A stretch of 64,000 nucleotides of DNA from Tubulanus polymorphus (GCF_964204645.1 NC_134034.1:2604072-2668071), one strand, 5' to 3'. Positions 25,270 to 39,600 are shown, counted from the stretch's first letter. Notes: generated by a model not told the origin, from the letters alone. Numbers and translations: made by a program.

Positions 25270-28200
25270 CTAAGAGTTTTTGACCGCGTCTGTTTTATGA
25301 GTTCCGTCGCAGAACGGTGACTTTTTCGTCTGTTTACACAAACACAACCAGACGGCCTTCGTGTCGTCTGCTATGAACCGGTGAGGTTTAAATCGCGGCG
25401 CCGACGAGTCAGCGATTCGCTTGTGAGATCCATCGCAGAACGGCTGAAAAATGAATTCAAAACTATGCATTAAAAAAGGGTCTTTTGGCGATATTTAGAA
25501 TCAGGCCCTATGGTCTCAAATTTCTATTGTGGAATTGTCCAATCCAAGTCTCCACTGTCGAACCTGGTGCATGGGTCTCATCATAAGTTTTTATTGTGGA
25601 AATTGTCAAAGTCTTCACTGTGGAACTAGATGCTTGGTATTTCAAGTCTCCACTGCGGAACTAGGTCCAGGGGTCTCATCTTGAGTTTTAACTGTGGAAT
25701 TCTCAAAGTCTCCACTGTGGAACTAGATGCTTGGTATTTCAAGTCTCAACTGTGGAATTCTGGAAGTTTCCATTGTGTAACATCGGGTCCTTGGTCTTAT
25801 CTTAAATTCTATCCACTGTGGAACTGGGCCTGAACATTGATTGAAAATCGCTAAGGAGCAGAATAAAGGGGGGCATTTCACGAGTTATGACTTCAAACTT
25901 CATTAGTCACAACAACGCGATACATTTAAAACTTTAAAGTTAGCGAGCTGTGAAATGGCCCCCAGCTCCTGGGACCGGTTCTATAGTCATGGCTTCGACC
26001 TAAGACCGGTCTAAGATCGTCTTACTTCCATAGCCAATCAAACAACTTAAGACCCATCTTAAGATTTAAGACCACTTTTGGTCTTTAAGTCCTGGGCCCA
26101 GTTCCATAGTCATGGCTTAGACTTAAGACCAATTTAAGACCATCTTAGTTCTATAACCAATCTAACAACTTAAGACCAGTCTTAAATTTAAGACCATTTT
26201 TGGACTCAAGTCTCAACTGAGGAACCAGCCCCTGACTATTGAATCTCTGCTCCGGGGGCCGGTTCCATAAGTCACGGCTTAGACTTAGTCTTAGACCGAC
26301 TTAGTTCTAAAGTCAATCTAAAAACTTAAGATTAGTCTTAAGAATTAAGACGATTTTCAGACTTAAGTCTCGACTACTGAACTGGCCCCTGATTCCAAAC
26401 AAAGAGAACAAAATTAACTCTGACTACTTTATTTCCAATATCGACGTTATATGTTACATTATCGTATAGCTGACTGTATATCGTCTCGACGGTGCGTGCC
26501 GTCACAAAATGGCCGCTTGTTCGATTGTTTACAATTACACAACCAATAATCCTTCGTTTCGGTCACCGTGAACGCGAACGGGCGTGTCCTCGCGTACATT
26601 TTAATCTGATTGGTTCCTTCGTATAATTTATGCGTCATGTCGCAAAACGGCTGCAACGAGAGAAAAAAGGAAAAAAAATGGCCGACTGTTGATCACCAAC
26701 GATGATACGGCGTTTGAAACGATGATTTATTCCGAGTCGACTTCCGCTTCAGGAGAATCGGAGTCGTCTGTAGATAATAATGACTCTAACAATCGACAGA
26801 ATCAAATTCTGGACCCAGTTCCACTCATCAACCTCTTCCCTCTCTCCTCTCACCCACTTCTCTTCCCTCTTACCAGCCTTTCCCTCTCTCTCTCTCTTCT
26901 CACCCACCTCTCTTCTATTTTCTCTTTACTCTCCGATCTCTCATCAACTTTTTTCCCTCTCCTTTCATTCCTCTTCCCTCTCTCATTCCCTCTTACCAGC
27001 CTCTCTTTCCTCTCACCCACCAACTCACTTCGCTCTCCTCATTACTCTCCTATCCCTCATCAACCTTTCCTTCTCATCGCTCTATGTTCCTCATCCCATC
27101 ACATCAGTGTTTCCTCTCCCTCTATCTCACTAGTCTCTCCCTCTAGTCACTAGTCTTACCTACTCTCTCTACTTTCCCCTCACACCAGTGTTTCCTCTCC
27201 CTCTCTCCTCTAGCTAGTCTTACCTACTCTCTCTACTTTCCCCTCACACCAGTGTTTCCTCTCCCTCTCTCCTCTAGCTAGTCTTACCTACTCTCTCTAC
27301 TTTCCCCTCACACCAGTGTTTCCTCTCCCTCTCTCCTCTAGCTAGTCTTTCCTACTCTCTCTACTTTCCCCTCACACCAGTGTTTCCTCTTCCTCTCTCC
27401 TCTAGCTAGTCTTTCCTACTCTCTCTACTTTCCCCTCACACCAGTGTTTCCTCTCCCTCTCTCCTCTAGCTAGTCTTTCCTACTCTCTCTACTTTCCCCT
27501 CACACCAGTGTTTCCTCTCCCTCTCTCCTCTAGCTAGTCTTACCTACTCTCTCTACTTTCCCCTCACACCAGTGTTTCCTCTCCCTCTCTCCTCTAGCTA
27601 GTCTTACCTTCTCTCTCTACTTTCCCCTCACACCAGTGTTTCCTCTCCCTCTCTCCTGTCACTTGTCTTACCTTCTCTCTCTACTTTCCCCTCACACCAG
27701 TGTTTCCTCTCCCTCTCTCCTCTAGCTAGTCTTACCTACTCTCTCTACTTTCCCCTCACACCAGTGTTTCCTCTCCCTCTCTCCTCTAGCTAGTCTTTCC
27801 TACTCTCTCTACTTTCCCCTCACACCAGTGTTTCCTCTCCCTCTCTCCTCTCACTAGTCTTACCTACTCTCTCTACTTTCCCCTCACACCAGTGTTTCCT
27901 CTCCCTCTCTCCTCTCACTAGTCTTACCTACTCTCTCTACTTTCCCCTCACACCAGTATTTCCTCCCCATCCACTACCTCTTATCCACTCGCACCGGTAT
28001 TTCTAAGCGTTTTTTTTTTAGGCCGACCTCAAACCGAGACCAAACATCTCAAAAAGGAAAAGACATTCACCTGATTTCTACTGTAGCCGCACGAACACCA
28101 CGAATACCGTTTACCGGCGATCAGTTCCACTTTGAACGGTTTCTTATCGTAGATCTTTCCCTTCGGCGGGTCGGGGTTGTAATCGTCGGGGAACTGAGGC

Positions 28201-28916
28201 GTTTCTGGATGTTTTGGTTCCTTCTTTTTGAAAATCTCGTCATCGTTGTTGGCGGCGCCGCCGGTCGGAGGGTTCGTATCACTGTTGTATCTGAATGAAT
28301 TCGCCTGCAAAATTAGAAAGTTATTTTCGAAGCGATTTTCACTTTTTTGGCTACAATCCTAACCTATTTCGCTTCAAAACCAAATTACGAGGGCGGATCT
28401 AAATTTAAAATTTTTTGAAAGGCCGGACCTGAACAATTCAAAAGCGCGCTTATTTGAGAAGACCATTTGGCAATACTAGGGCTGAATGAATGAATATTGG
28501 TAGGAGTTCTGGTGGCCTTCCCACACATGTCACGACAAAAAGGGGGTTTTTCTGGAGTGGTCTTTATAATAAGGACCAATTATTGGATCTATCTATAACT
28601 AGTCTTGGTTTTTAAAATTGTCCAGACTTTTTGAAGGGCACATTCGAATTTAGAAGAGTGTGGACCAGTCTAGTCTTTTAGTTTAGTTTCACAATCGGAT
28701 ATTTTCACAAGCCCAACCGATTAGGCTTAACGGCAACGCTACATCACCGACCAACCGTCGGTCCAACGTCAACGAAGACCCGACCAAAATCAGTTCACTT
28801 ACCACCAACACACCCGGTGCAATAGCTTGCTGTTTAGATCTGCAGATGAAGATGGATTTTCGACCAGAAATTAGTCGAAGAACGCCAGATTTTGACGCGG
28901 AATTAACGAGATTCAT
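25270..28916 (-). CDS. CISD3: CDGSH iron-sulfur domain protein 3 (MiNT), mitochondrial; two alternative last exons
   Basis: Exon 1 28916-28803 (basic, Ser-rich, presequence-like), exon 2 28304-28071 (YSWCSCGYSRNQ), then either 26650-26459 (PFCDMTH...WLCNCKQSNKRPFCDGTH; 179 aa total) or 25443-25270 (PFCDGSH...WLCLCKQTKKSPFCDGTH; 173 aa total). Two tandem CDGSH motifs define CISD3. Confidence 0.93.
27100..27958. repeat. 64-bp CT-rich minisatellite in CISD3 intron 2
   Basis: About 13 near-identical units of CACACCAGTGTTTCCTCTCCCTCTCTCCTCTAGCTAGTCTTACCTACTCTCTCTACTTTCCCCT. Confidence 0.95.
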
Positions 28917-29192
28917 CGTGTTTTCGGCGTAAAAACGGATTATTCGCGAGGAAAAATTCTTAACGGGGCGACGACCTTGAAATTAACTCGAGTTCCGCGG
29001 TTACACTCTCCTTCACCGAAAACCGGAAAAATTGATAAGAAATCAGATTTACACAAGATTCTTTCAGTGAAAACACGTTATTATCATTTTTAACTAACAA
29101 AATAAAGATAAAGACTATTGCATATTAAGATCCAGGTGAGAGAATTTATTGTGATATTTTATATACAACTAAACCAACGGGATTGTACAGCG

Positions 29193-29264
29193 GCCGTGAT
29201 CGTCTAGAGGTTAGGACATTGCGTTGTGGCCGCAATAACCCAGGTTCGAATCCTGGTCACGGCA
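29193..29264 (+). tRNA. tRNA-His (GTG)
   Basis: GCCGTGA/TCACGGC acceptor stem, TTGCG/CGCAA anticodon stem around a TTGTGGC loop, GGTTCGAATCC T-arm, T-run terminator just downstream. Confidence 0.93.
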
Positions 29265-32242
29265 TTGTATTTTTCTGCCTTTGTCTCTTTTTTAGTTTTT
29301 TTTGCTAGAGTTTTTAGTTTTTTGACGGAGTTCTTTTTACAACAGTTCATCTTTTATTTCAACATTTTATGAGAAATTTAAGTCTTGAGAGTCGGGAGAT
29401 TCAAAGCTGCATGGCCGATTTGAGGATTTTTTATTGCGGGAGGGCAAAATCACGATGCCGAAATATCCATTTCATATAGATATGAAATGGATATTCGCAT
29501 GGACTCCACAATTGACTCTCGCATGTCCAGGTCTTCCGTGCATGACCTCGATGCCACTGCCTTGTAGGCCCAGGAGGGAGTCCTAACCGTGTCATAATTT
29601 AGACAATTTGCTCATTCTATCCACTTTCTAGATACTCTATGTTTCTGCTAAATAGTCGAGCGAGCGCGTCGGGTCAAGCGACATGATCCGCGATTCTGGT
29701 TGTCATATGCCGGGCAGGGGTGGGCCTAATGAAGTAGATGATCCATGGTTCCATGACAGCGGGTGTGGGGGATGTCCCCAGATGAAATTTCGATTATAGA
29801 GGCATCTCGAAGTCTCTGATATATCCACGTAAAAAAACAGCAAGTAAATTATCAAGAATCTAATTAAAAAATTCAAAATTAAACAGCTGAGCTTATTCTT
29901 TCTTGAAACAACACGTTTACCTTTGTACCAAGAGGAAAAGCAGATAGCATAATTCGGTATCTTTGAACAAAAACTGAGACTGCACAATGCGTTGGTCCAG
30001 CGAATGTTTACCAACTGAGACACTTTTGAGGGGGAGCATCAAAAGTCCACCACCCCTGTCCTTTCGTTAGGGCCCTTGCCGGTACACGATTCTGAATATA
30101 CTATTGTAAATAATAGATAGCTGAAACGGAAGATTGTTTTGTTAAACTTTATTCATTTGTCACTTGATTGTACAGTTTGAAAATTTAGATTTGGTCGGGG
30201 GTTCGGTTTTGGGGGCGTTCTTCTCTTACGATGCCTCCTCCCTTTTTGTTGCAGATGACCCACGTCGATCAGCGCTGGGACCGCGATTTTCCGCATCTTT
30301 TGACGAAATTTCGGCTACCATCGTGTTTCGAATTCAACTGCGACCAGTAATTTTGTAGGGTGTTGAATTAGAGTCTGTCATGACAGGAAAACTGACGAGT
30401 CACCGTCTATGTCTACTGACATAGGATCAAGAAAGGAACTTAAACAAAACACGTCTTCTTTCTTTGACAACTACTCGTGAACTAAACTTTATTTACATCA
30501 GGTCAGCATCTGGTTTCATGCACGTTACAGAGAAAGCGCGGGGAAATATCGCGCCAGTACTGTTCTATTAATGGTGGAGATCACTCTCAACATAGGGTCT
30601 CAAGAGGATCCAACTGGAACTAACCCATGAACATTTTCATCAGAACTAAGTTACACGCTAAGAGACGAATTTGATGAATTAGATTACCACCCCGGATCAC
30701 GCGTTGCCACTTCGATTTCCGATTTCAAAGCTTTCCTCCCTTCCAGCAGGTGTGTTGGGTTTGTAAGGGGACAAAAATCAAATCAAACCAAATCAAACGA
30801 AATAAATCAGGGTCAATCACTAATAAGATACAGAAAATGAGATGCCATAGTGAATCATCATAGATCAATGTGATTGCCGGTTAATTCTAGTGCTAGAAAA
30901 TTAATTCTCTACTTTTTAAATGCGACAAGATTGTTTCAAGTACCAATCGTTGTTTTTAAAACGAATCACACAGCTCCAAACACATTTTGAATTGTGTCCT
31001 GAGCGCGATATTTTACCACAGACGCTGCAAAATAATAATCGCGAATGCGAGTGCGCGCCGGGAATATCAATTTTATGGGGATCGAACCGCAAAATGCGGC
31101 AGATTGCGCAATCGTAATGCCGCCATTTCGTGACCGACACTTAGAATCAATAATACACCCTCTGCCTCGATAAAGTTTTTTGAATTGAAGTGCAGTGAAG
31201 CCCACAAGGGTCAAGGGTTACTTAACCAGCACAATATTGGCAGATCCTGGACAGTGCTAACAAAAATAGTAAACAATGCCAATTATTCAACGAACTGACG
31301 AACTAAATTTTTGCATGTCTTAGAATTCAATTCCTAAGCTCTATCATAGCGTAACTTCTTTCGAACCCTTAGCAGGCTGTAGGCAGGCTATCACCGTTTC
31401 GGAATGTGCTGGTTTGTTTGTTCAAGAAAGCCCGCGACGGTATTCTGATGCTAGACTGGTGGCCTGTTGAATATTGACATCGGATAACCAGTCTACGCCG
31501 CGACCTTTCGCGCTATATGAGCCGACAGCTACAGAATGCTGGTATCGGTCCGGGCTGAAAACTTCGTGAATAAAACTAAACGCGAATATTTTACTTATCG
31601 GAAGAAACTTACCGGTGACAGACATCACAGATATGTGAGTACTTAATTACTTAATTGTTTAAATCAAAAATCTAGAAATGACAATTGTTAATATTGAAGA
31701 TTAAAGCGTTTTATTTTAGTTTGTTGTTTGTAATTTATTAGTAGGTCTGTCCTCCTTTCAGCTCCCCCGCACACACCCACACATAACTAACAACACTGAA
31801 GTCCTATCATGTCGGCTTGCCCGCCGGGTCTAATGTCAAAACTCTACCCCGGTATCCTTGTCAGAGGGGCGGATTTAGGGTCAGGACTTAAGAATAGTAT
31901 TGGAAGGAATTTTGAGCGTGCATTCCAGGACCAGGGGGATCCTCCTAGCCAACGAATGGCCAAGCAAAGGGGGGGGGCACTTATAAATTCTAGACCATAT
32001 CAGGCAATGGCTTATATGCTCTGGAACTGTCCATGTTTCTATGGATCCAGTAAAATACCAACATCTAAGTTTTAGCCATAGTGTCCGACAGTGTTGTGGT
32101 GTCCCCCCTAAAAAAAAAAAAACTTGAAAAGGAAGGGCAATCCTCAGATCCTCCTTGGCAAGCTTCCAAAGTCTGTAACCCTTAAAACGGGTAGGCCTAC
32201 TACTTCATAAAACAAGGAAGATCAATCTCGATGGCAGCGGGC

Positions 32243-32538
32243 AGGCGCGGATCTAGGGGGGTCTTACAGGTCTTCCGGAAAACCCTCAAAATTCTCAAGT
32301 GCCCTCAAAAGATTTTGCTCGCAAAACAATTTCATGACTCAAAATGCAGGAAATGGCTTCAAATCAGTGCAGGAATTTTAAATTTTCTTGAAGGCCTCAG
32401 ATCCCCCCGGAAGGGCTTTGCGCTGAAGCAGTGTTGGCCTCCCGCGCTGCGCTGGTGGTTATCAGTGCCCTTTTCTTTTTTAGGTATGCCCCTAGAATTC
32501 TGAGAAGACCCTCGGATTTACCCCTAGACCCGCCCCTG
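32243..32538. mobile_element. GGCGGATC-ended MITE-like family
   Basis: CAGGCGCGGATCTAGGGG...CCCCTAGACCCGCCCCTG inverted ends; similar ends at about 24916-25116, 48400-48652 and 54500-54757. Confidence 0.5.
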
Positions 32539-33939
32539 GTTGGGTCAGGGGTTTAGACTCCTGAAAATATGAGCTGCGTACATCGTATTGTGCTGGGTGT
32601 ATAAATCTGATTCAGATTAGAATATTGGGCTCATTGTCAACCGGCTAGATTTTAGAAAGAAAAATGTTTACAAAACAAAATAGCGGATTTTAAAAACCGT
32701 CCTGAAAATGATTGTTGAACCCGCATTATGAAAAATAGGTCAGATACTTTTGAATGGGTGTTTTTGAAAAGGTCTAAATGCTGATATTAGTTTTGGTGGC
32801 GTGTTTCAATATCGATTCAATCCCTCCATTAAAACGAAACCAGGAAATAATTTAAACTGCGCATTAGAAATTAAAACTGACCTGTGAATTTATCTAACAG
32901 TACTAGGCCTATATATTTTTTTGGTAAGATGGTCTTTGCTAAGATGGTAAATGCTGTGTACCAAAATTTTCTTGGACTGGTCTTAAGTTAGTTTGGGTGT
33001 AAAACGAAAATGAGCTTAGACTGGTCTTAAGTTGTTAGATGTACTGTCAAGGTCATGCGAGGAGTGTCTGTCTGTACTACACAGTGCAGACAGTCATGTG
33101 ATGATAATATTTATATCGCGTGTGATCCAAATCACTCAAGCCAATCACAGTCATTTACAGTCTTTACAGTTTTACAAAGTTCAGGAATTTTTCGTAGTAT
33201 TTCATGGTAAATAATGGAAAGACAAAAATAGCGTTGACTCGCATGTAGGCCTATATCAGGATCATAGTAAACAACATAGAGAGAAATGAGAACAAACCCG
33301 TTTCCCCTCCCCTCCCACTCTCCCTCTCTTTCCTCTCTCCCTCTCTTTCCTCTCTCCCTCTCTTTCCTCTCCCCCTCTCTCCCCCACTCTCCCTCTCTCC
33401 CTGATTGAAGTATGACTATAAAGCTAAAATTGAGGTTATTCTCAAGGAAATCAAGGAATTCTGATATAAAGTCAGGAATTTGAATTATTGGTGTCTTGTT
33501 GTCGAGTGCCACAAGGAAGCTCTTGATGAGAAACAGATCCCTCTGAGCATCTTAATATAGTTTAATCAGAGATTTTATGGTCAAGGGTCGACATTCTAAG
33601 GAATTTTGGATTTCCTGATTAAGAAACCTGTTTATTAGTAGTTGTGTTGTCGTAATTCTATATGAATTCCTGTGCTATAGAATAAAGTTTCTTTTTCTAA
33701 AGAATGTAAGTGGTTTTTTTTTTCATTCGATGTTGTACGAACCACAAACCAGATTGTTTTGTGGTTTGGTGGTTAACCCCAAAACCATACGTAACTGTGA
33801 GTTGGATGTAGTTTTAAAAAGGTCTCATTTCAAACAAAATCATTTCAGTTAAATGGTAGTCTATAGTGGTTAGAGCTGAATGGCTGACTCGGTCAATTAT
33901 TAAGACAGGATATGATGGTTCATGCATTCATTATTTCAA

Positions 33940-34460
33940 GTTCATTTTCAATTAAAAATGTCTCAGGTGAAGCACTGAACACATGTGAAGTGTGGACGAT
34001 CAGTTTCTGAAAGTGTGCTGATAAAATGTCTAATGTCTGGTGTTTGTAGTTCATTTTCAATTAGAAATGTCTCAGGCGAAGTACTGAACACATGTGAACA
34101 ATCAGTTTTTGAAAGTGTGCTGATAAAATGTCTAATGTCTGGTGTTTGTAGTTCATTTTCAATTAGAAATGTCTCAGGTGAAACACTGAACACATGTGAA
34201 GTGTGGACGATCAGTTTCTGAAAGTGTGCTGATAAAATGTCTAATGTCTGGTGTTTGTAGTTCATTTTCAATTAGAAATGTCTCAGGTGAAACACTGAAC
34301 ACATGTGAAGTGTGGACGATCAGTTTCTGAAAGTGTGCTGATAAAATGTCTAATGTCTGGTGTTTGTAGTTCATTTTCAATTAAAAATGTCTCAGGTGAA
34401 GCACTGAACACATGTGAAGCGTGGACGATCAGTTTTTGAAAGTGTGCTGATAAAATGTCC
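33940..34460. repeat. 109-bp tandem repeat (dispersed family)
   Basis: About 5 units TTCATTTTCAATTAGAAATGTCTCAGGTGAA...TGGTGTTTGTAG; related sequence at about 24590-24690, 43990-44465 (reverse) and 63840-64000. Confidence 0.9.
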
Positions 34461-35009
34461 GTGGTTTTGGTAGCATAGTTATTATTTGTCTGATATAGCA
34501 ACCAATTGTTGATTAAACGGTGTTTTGATAAACTGTTATTGTCGCAGATTTGAACGTATAAAATTGATAAATATAGCAAACACGCGTATTACAGTAGATA
34601 GAATTCCGATGCGATTGATAATGACCTAAATGACCTACATTCGATCGACAAGCCGTAGACTCAAGGTTGTACCGTGTATAGAGAGATGCTAGTTCGAATA
34701 CTCGCCACCAGGTTTTACTCTACTTCCAGGCGTAGTGATATGATTAGCCTCGGTTGCAATTGTCAATTGAAACACGCTTGTTGATTACTGTTTAATTACT
34801 CGCTGACTAATTGTGGATTATCAACGTAGTTGTTGTTGATTTAATTCAGGTTAGTGAATTTTAATTCATTAATTCGACGATCTGAATCGAACTGGAAAAA
34901 ACTCGAGTCGCGTTTGTGATTTGCGATGTCGGAATGGGTTCGTGTGCAATTTTTTACCACTAATGGTTGAAATTTTAATGGAGAAACATTGAGGTTTTGA
35001 GCTCATTTT

Positions 35010-36460
35010 CATTCTAGGAACCAATCTAACGACATAAGCTCATTTCTAGAATTGGTCTGATTTCTTAAAATCAGCGTAAGCTCACTTGGGATGTAAAAAG
35101 CTAATGTAACCATAGAACTCAATTCAAACCAACTTTTTAAGAGTGACAAATCTGAAACCATCGTAAGTTCAATAGCCAATCTAACAACTTTAAACCATTT
35201 TAAAGCTCATTTTGGTTCTAGAGCCAATCTAACAACTTAAGACCAGTCTAAGCTCATTTTAGTTCTTTAACCAATGAAACAACTTAAGACCAGTCTATGC
35301 TCATTTTGGTTCTATAACCAATCTAACAACTTAAGACCAGTGTAAGCTCATTTTGGTTCTATAACCAATCTAACAACTTAAGACCAGTCTAAGTTCATTT
35401 TAGTTCTATAACCAATCTAACAACTTAAGACCAGTCTAAGCTCATTTTAGTTCTATAACCAATCTAACAACTTAAGACCAGTCTAAGCTCATTTTAGTTC
35501 TATAACCAATGAAACAACTTGAGACCAGTGTAAGCTCATTTTGGTTTTATAACCAATCTAACAACTTAAGACCAGTCTATGCTCATTTTGGTTCTGTATC
35601 CAATCTAACAACTTAAGACCAGTCTAAGCTCATTTTGGTTCTATAACCAATTCTAACAATTTAAGACCAGTCTAAGCTCATATTTGGTTTTATAACCAAT
35701 CTAACAACTTATGACCAGTATAAGCTCATTTTAGTTTTATAACCAATCTAACAACTTAAGACCAGTCTAAGCTCATTTTAGTTTTATAACCTATCTAACA
35801 ACTTGAGACCAGTCTAAGCTCATTTTAGTTTTATAACCTATCTAACAACTTGAGACCAGTCTAAGCTCATTTTAGTTTTATAACCTATCTAACAACTTGA
35901 GACCAGTCTAAGCTCATTTTAGTTTTATAACCTATCTAACAACTTGAGACCAGTCTAAGCTCATTTTGGTTCTATAACCAATCTAACAACTTAAGACCAG
36001 TCTAAGTTCATTTTAGTTCTATAACCAATCTAACAACTTAAGACCAGTCTAAGTTCATTTTAGTTCTATAACCAATCTAACAACTTAAGACCAGTCTAAG
36101 CTCATTTTAGTTCTATAACCAATCTAACAACTTAAGACCAGTCTAAGCTCATTTTAGTTCTATAACCAATGAAACAACTTGAGACCAGTGTAAGCTCATT
36201 TTGGTTTTATAACCAATCTAACAACTTAAGACCAGTCTATGCTCATTTTGGTTCTGTATCCAATCTAACAACTTAAGACCAGTCTAAGCTCATTTTGGTT
36301 CTATAACCAATTCTAACAATTTAAGACCAGTCTAAGCTCATATTTGGTTCTGCCAATCTAACAACTTAAGACCAGTCTAAGCTCATATTTGGTTCTGCCA
36401 ATCTAACAACTTTAGACCAGTCTAAGCTCATTTTGGTTCTATACGCAGTCTAACAACCAG
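35010..36460. repeat. 47-bp satellite array
   Basis: Roughly 30 units of TTCTATAACCAATCTAACAACTTAAGACCAGTCTAAGCTCATTTTAG. Confidence 0.95.
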
Positions 36461-36673
36461 TCTTGAGAATTGAGTAACTATTAGGACTAATAACATGACT
36501 GTGTGCAACTGGTCCTCGTTTCATTTCATGTTCTCTGCTCCTAATCTTCAATTTAGATTTAGTAATTTTTGATGCAGATTCTTGACGATTTTGTCACTAG
36601 GTTTATTTGTTTTTTCCATTTTTTGCAGACACGTATCTGCTGTTAGCAGCGATCCCATTTTGATGTGTTCAAG

Positions 36674-39600
36674 ATGACAGAAATGGAAGAAATGGTGAGT
36701 TCAATTCCGTCTGATAACGAGGAGAGTTTCTTCAATTATCTGCTCGCTCATTTATGGTCTCGGGGCTGAGTCCTTAGCATTATGGTCGTATTGTTTGAAT
36801 TTGGAAAATCTTAGGAATAAATGATTTTGTTTTGATGCGGCCATGCTTCAAGGGTGAAACTAGGAGCGTTTGAAAGTCGTCAGTGTTCGGTCACAGTTAG
36901 CATCGATGTGAATATTCTTCAGACTGAGTTCATCGTAGATGATTAAAATCAGTTGCGTTTAAAAACACGAGAAAGTTATAAACGCAGTATTATCGGTTCA
37001 ATTGTCGGTTCAAAATCGATCGTACTTTGTTTTCACAGGATCCAATAGGGGTGGCTCCAAGAATATCCGAATCGAGTCATTCCGAGCTGCGTGCAGTTTC
37101 CCTTTCCCTAATGGGTGGCTCCCAAGAATTCCGAAATCAATGACATCACCTCCATTCCTATGTCGAGTTAGTGGTTCCGAATCATTACGTATTATCCAAG
37201 CGACCCGCTTCAGAATATCCGACCTGTGGTATTCGAAACCGTCGTTACTTTGTCGGACGGCTCCGGTGGAGTTCAGTTCTGGTGTCATTGCTTTTTTTTC
37301 GTTCGTATTTTACAGATGGTCGATGACGGGCAGACCAGAGTCGAACAACAACCGCACCACCAAAAGAGACCGCGCCCGCCGAACACTGGTGGCAGCGGCT
37401 CGGATATCATCATGATGAAGAGAGCGAAATGCGGCGGCAGTTCGGAAGAATGCGAACCGGAGATCCCCACCGACGAAGCGTTCCAGCCGATCCAGCCGAC
37501 GGAAATCGACGACGCGGCGCCGATAACGACGACTAAACGCCGGCCGTGGTTCCGGCAGACGGAACGCGGCGCCTCGCTACACGAGTTGCCGGTCGAACCG
37601 GATGTACGCCTCGCACTGCATGGTTCGAAACTCCAGAAGCTCCTCAGAGAACGCGAATTACCCGTGTGTTGTCCCAGCGACGGAGAAGATGAAAACTTGA
37701 GTACATCTCAGGTAAAAAATAAATCAATAATTTATTTGAGAAAATGCTAGCAATACTCAGTAGATCCTCACTTGCCACCGGTGGAATCCTCTATTGCCGC
37801 AGTAGTTGATACCCTACAGTGCACTTGCGACACCTGCTGGATCTTCACTTGCCACAAGTGGAATCCTCTATTGCCGCATTAGTTGATATCCTACTGCGCA
37901 CTAGCGACACCTGGTGGATCCACTACTGCCAGAAGTAGAATCCTCTATTGCCCAGTAGTTGATGCCCTACAGCACACTAGCGACACCTGGTGGATCCTCA
38001 CTTGCCACAAGTGGAATCCTCAATTGCTGCAGTTGTTGATGTCCTACTGCACACTAGCGACACCTGGTGGACCCTCACTTGCCACAAGTGGAATCCTCAA
38101 TTGCTGCAGTTGTTTATGTCCTACTGCACACTCGCGACACCTGGTTTATACTCACTTGCTGTAGTAGCGTAGTAAATGATTGTATCGTATCTATTGTGTG
38201 TAGGATGCAAACGTATTTGGAGCGCGTGTCGATGGTACACGACCGAAACGACCCCGTCGAAATGCAAAAACCGACGGAAAGAAGTTTGAAGGAGATGACG
38301 ATGATGACGACGACGATAAAAAGCGTCCACCAGATAAACTACCGGAGGTGAGTAAGAAATATATCAATTTCCACGATTCCATGAATCGCCCTATAATGCC
38401 ATCAAAATACCCGATGGTGATCCGATCTACAGGCTCTTCTAGGAAACAAGATGGCTGCTTTCGTGAATCCCTCTATGACATCATCGGAATACCCGCTGAT
38501 GATTTGTCCTATAGAAAGAAACAACTCGCTGAATGCTGTCGACATGAACACCACTCTTCGGCGGCCATTGTTTCTGAAGTGCCAATGAGAGCGCAGGGCA
38601 ACTTGATGATGATGTCATAGGGGGATTTGTGGAAGCTGCCTTAATTTCCGGAAGTGTCTGTAGATCGAAAGGCAAATAGTCGGTTGAGCATTTATTACAT
38701 CATAAAAAAAGATGCGCGAGTGACATCACGCCCCCTATGATGTCATAGGGAGATTTGTGGTCGTCTTTCCTGAACGGTGCCGTTGCCAAAATCAATGTTG
38801 ATTCGATGTTTTATATTTGCAGCCCGATGATTTCGTCAGTCAGCAATGTCCCACGCCACATGGTAGCATACCTGATGGGTTCAATCAGGTAGTGAAGGTA
38901 AATTCCGATTAAGATTTTTCAGTTTAACCTTTTCAGTGCTGGCTAATTAATACCCTATAGTGCTGAAGATAATTTGAAAATTCTGAAAAATTCCACCCTA
39001 GTGTGTTGAATAACGCAAATACCACTATAGTTCGTCTACACCGGGGTAGGGTGTATCGTTAGTTACTAGTATTTTACTATGTTTGATAGGTGCTGCCATT
39101 TTTCAAGAGAGATAATTACTAATTACATCAATACACCGTAGTGCGGTGTACTAGCAAAATCCATCACTGATTCATACACCGCACTGCGGTGTAGACGCAC
39201 TGAAAGGGTTAACGGATGATTTTGAAAAATTCAACCCCAGCGCGTTGAATAATGTGCATACACCACTATAATGCGTCTACACCGCAGTGTGATATTTCAG
39301 TATGTTTGGTGCTGCCATTTTTCGAAGAAGATAAAAAGTAATTACCAGTACATCAATAAACCGTGATGCGATGTACTAGCAAAGTCCATCACCGATTTAT
39401 ACGCCGCACTGCGGTGTAGACGCACTGAAACAATCAAGAAAAATGTGCGGAACTGTTCTTCAATGACTGCAAAAATGGACGGACTTTTGCCTCGGTCCTA
39501 ACTGCTACAAATGCCTATCTATTTCAAAAATGTTTTTCCGTTTTCAGCGCGGAGAGTTTACCGGCCAGCACGTGATTGAGGCCATGAAGTGCATGAACTT

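Noticed and set aside
26689-27153. Ser/Leu/Pro-rich ORFs
   Set aside because: Low-complexity CT-rich intronic sequence antisense to CISD3.
33963-34579. Repeated ENELQTPDIRHF ORFs
   Set aside because: Artefact of the 109-bp tandem repeat, whose unit is not a multiple of 3.
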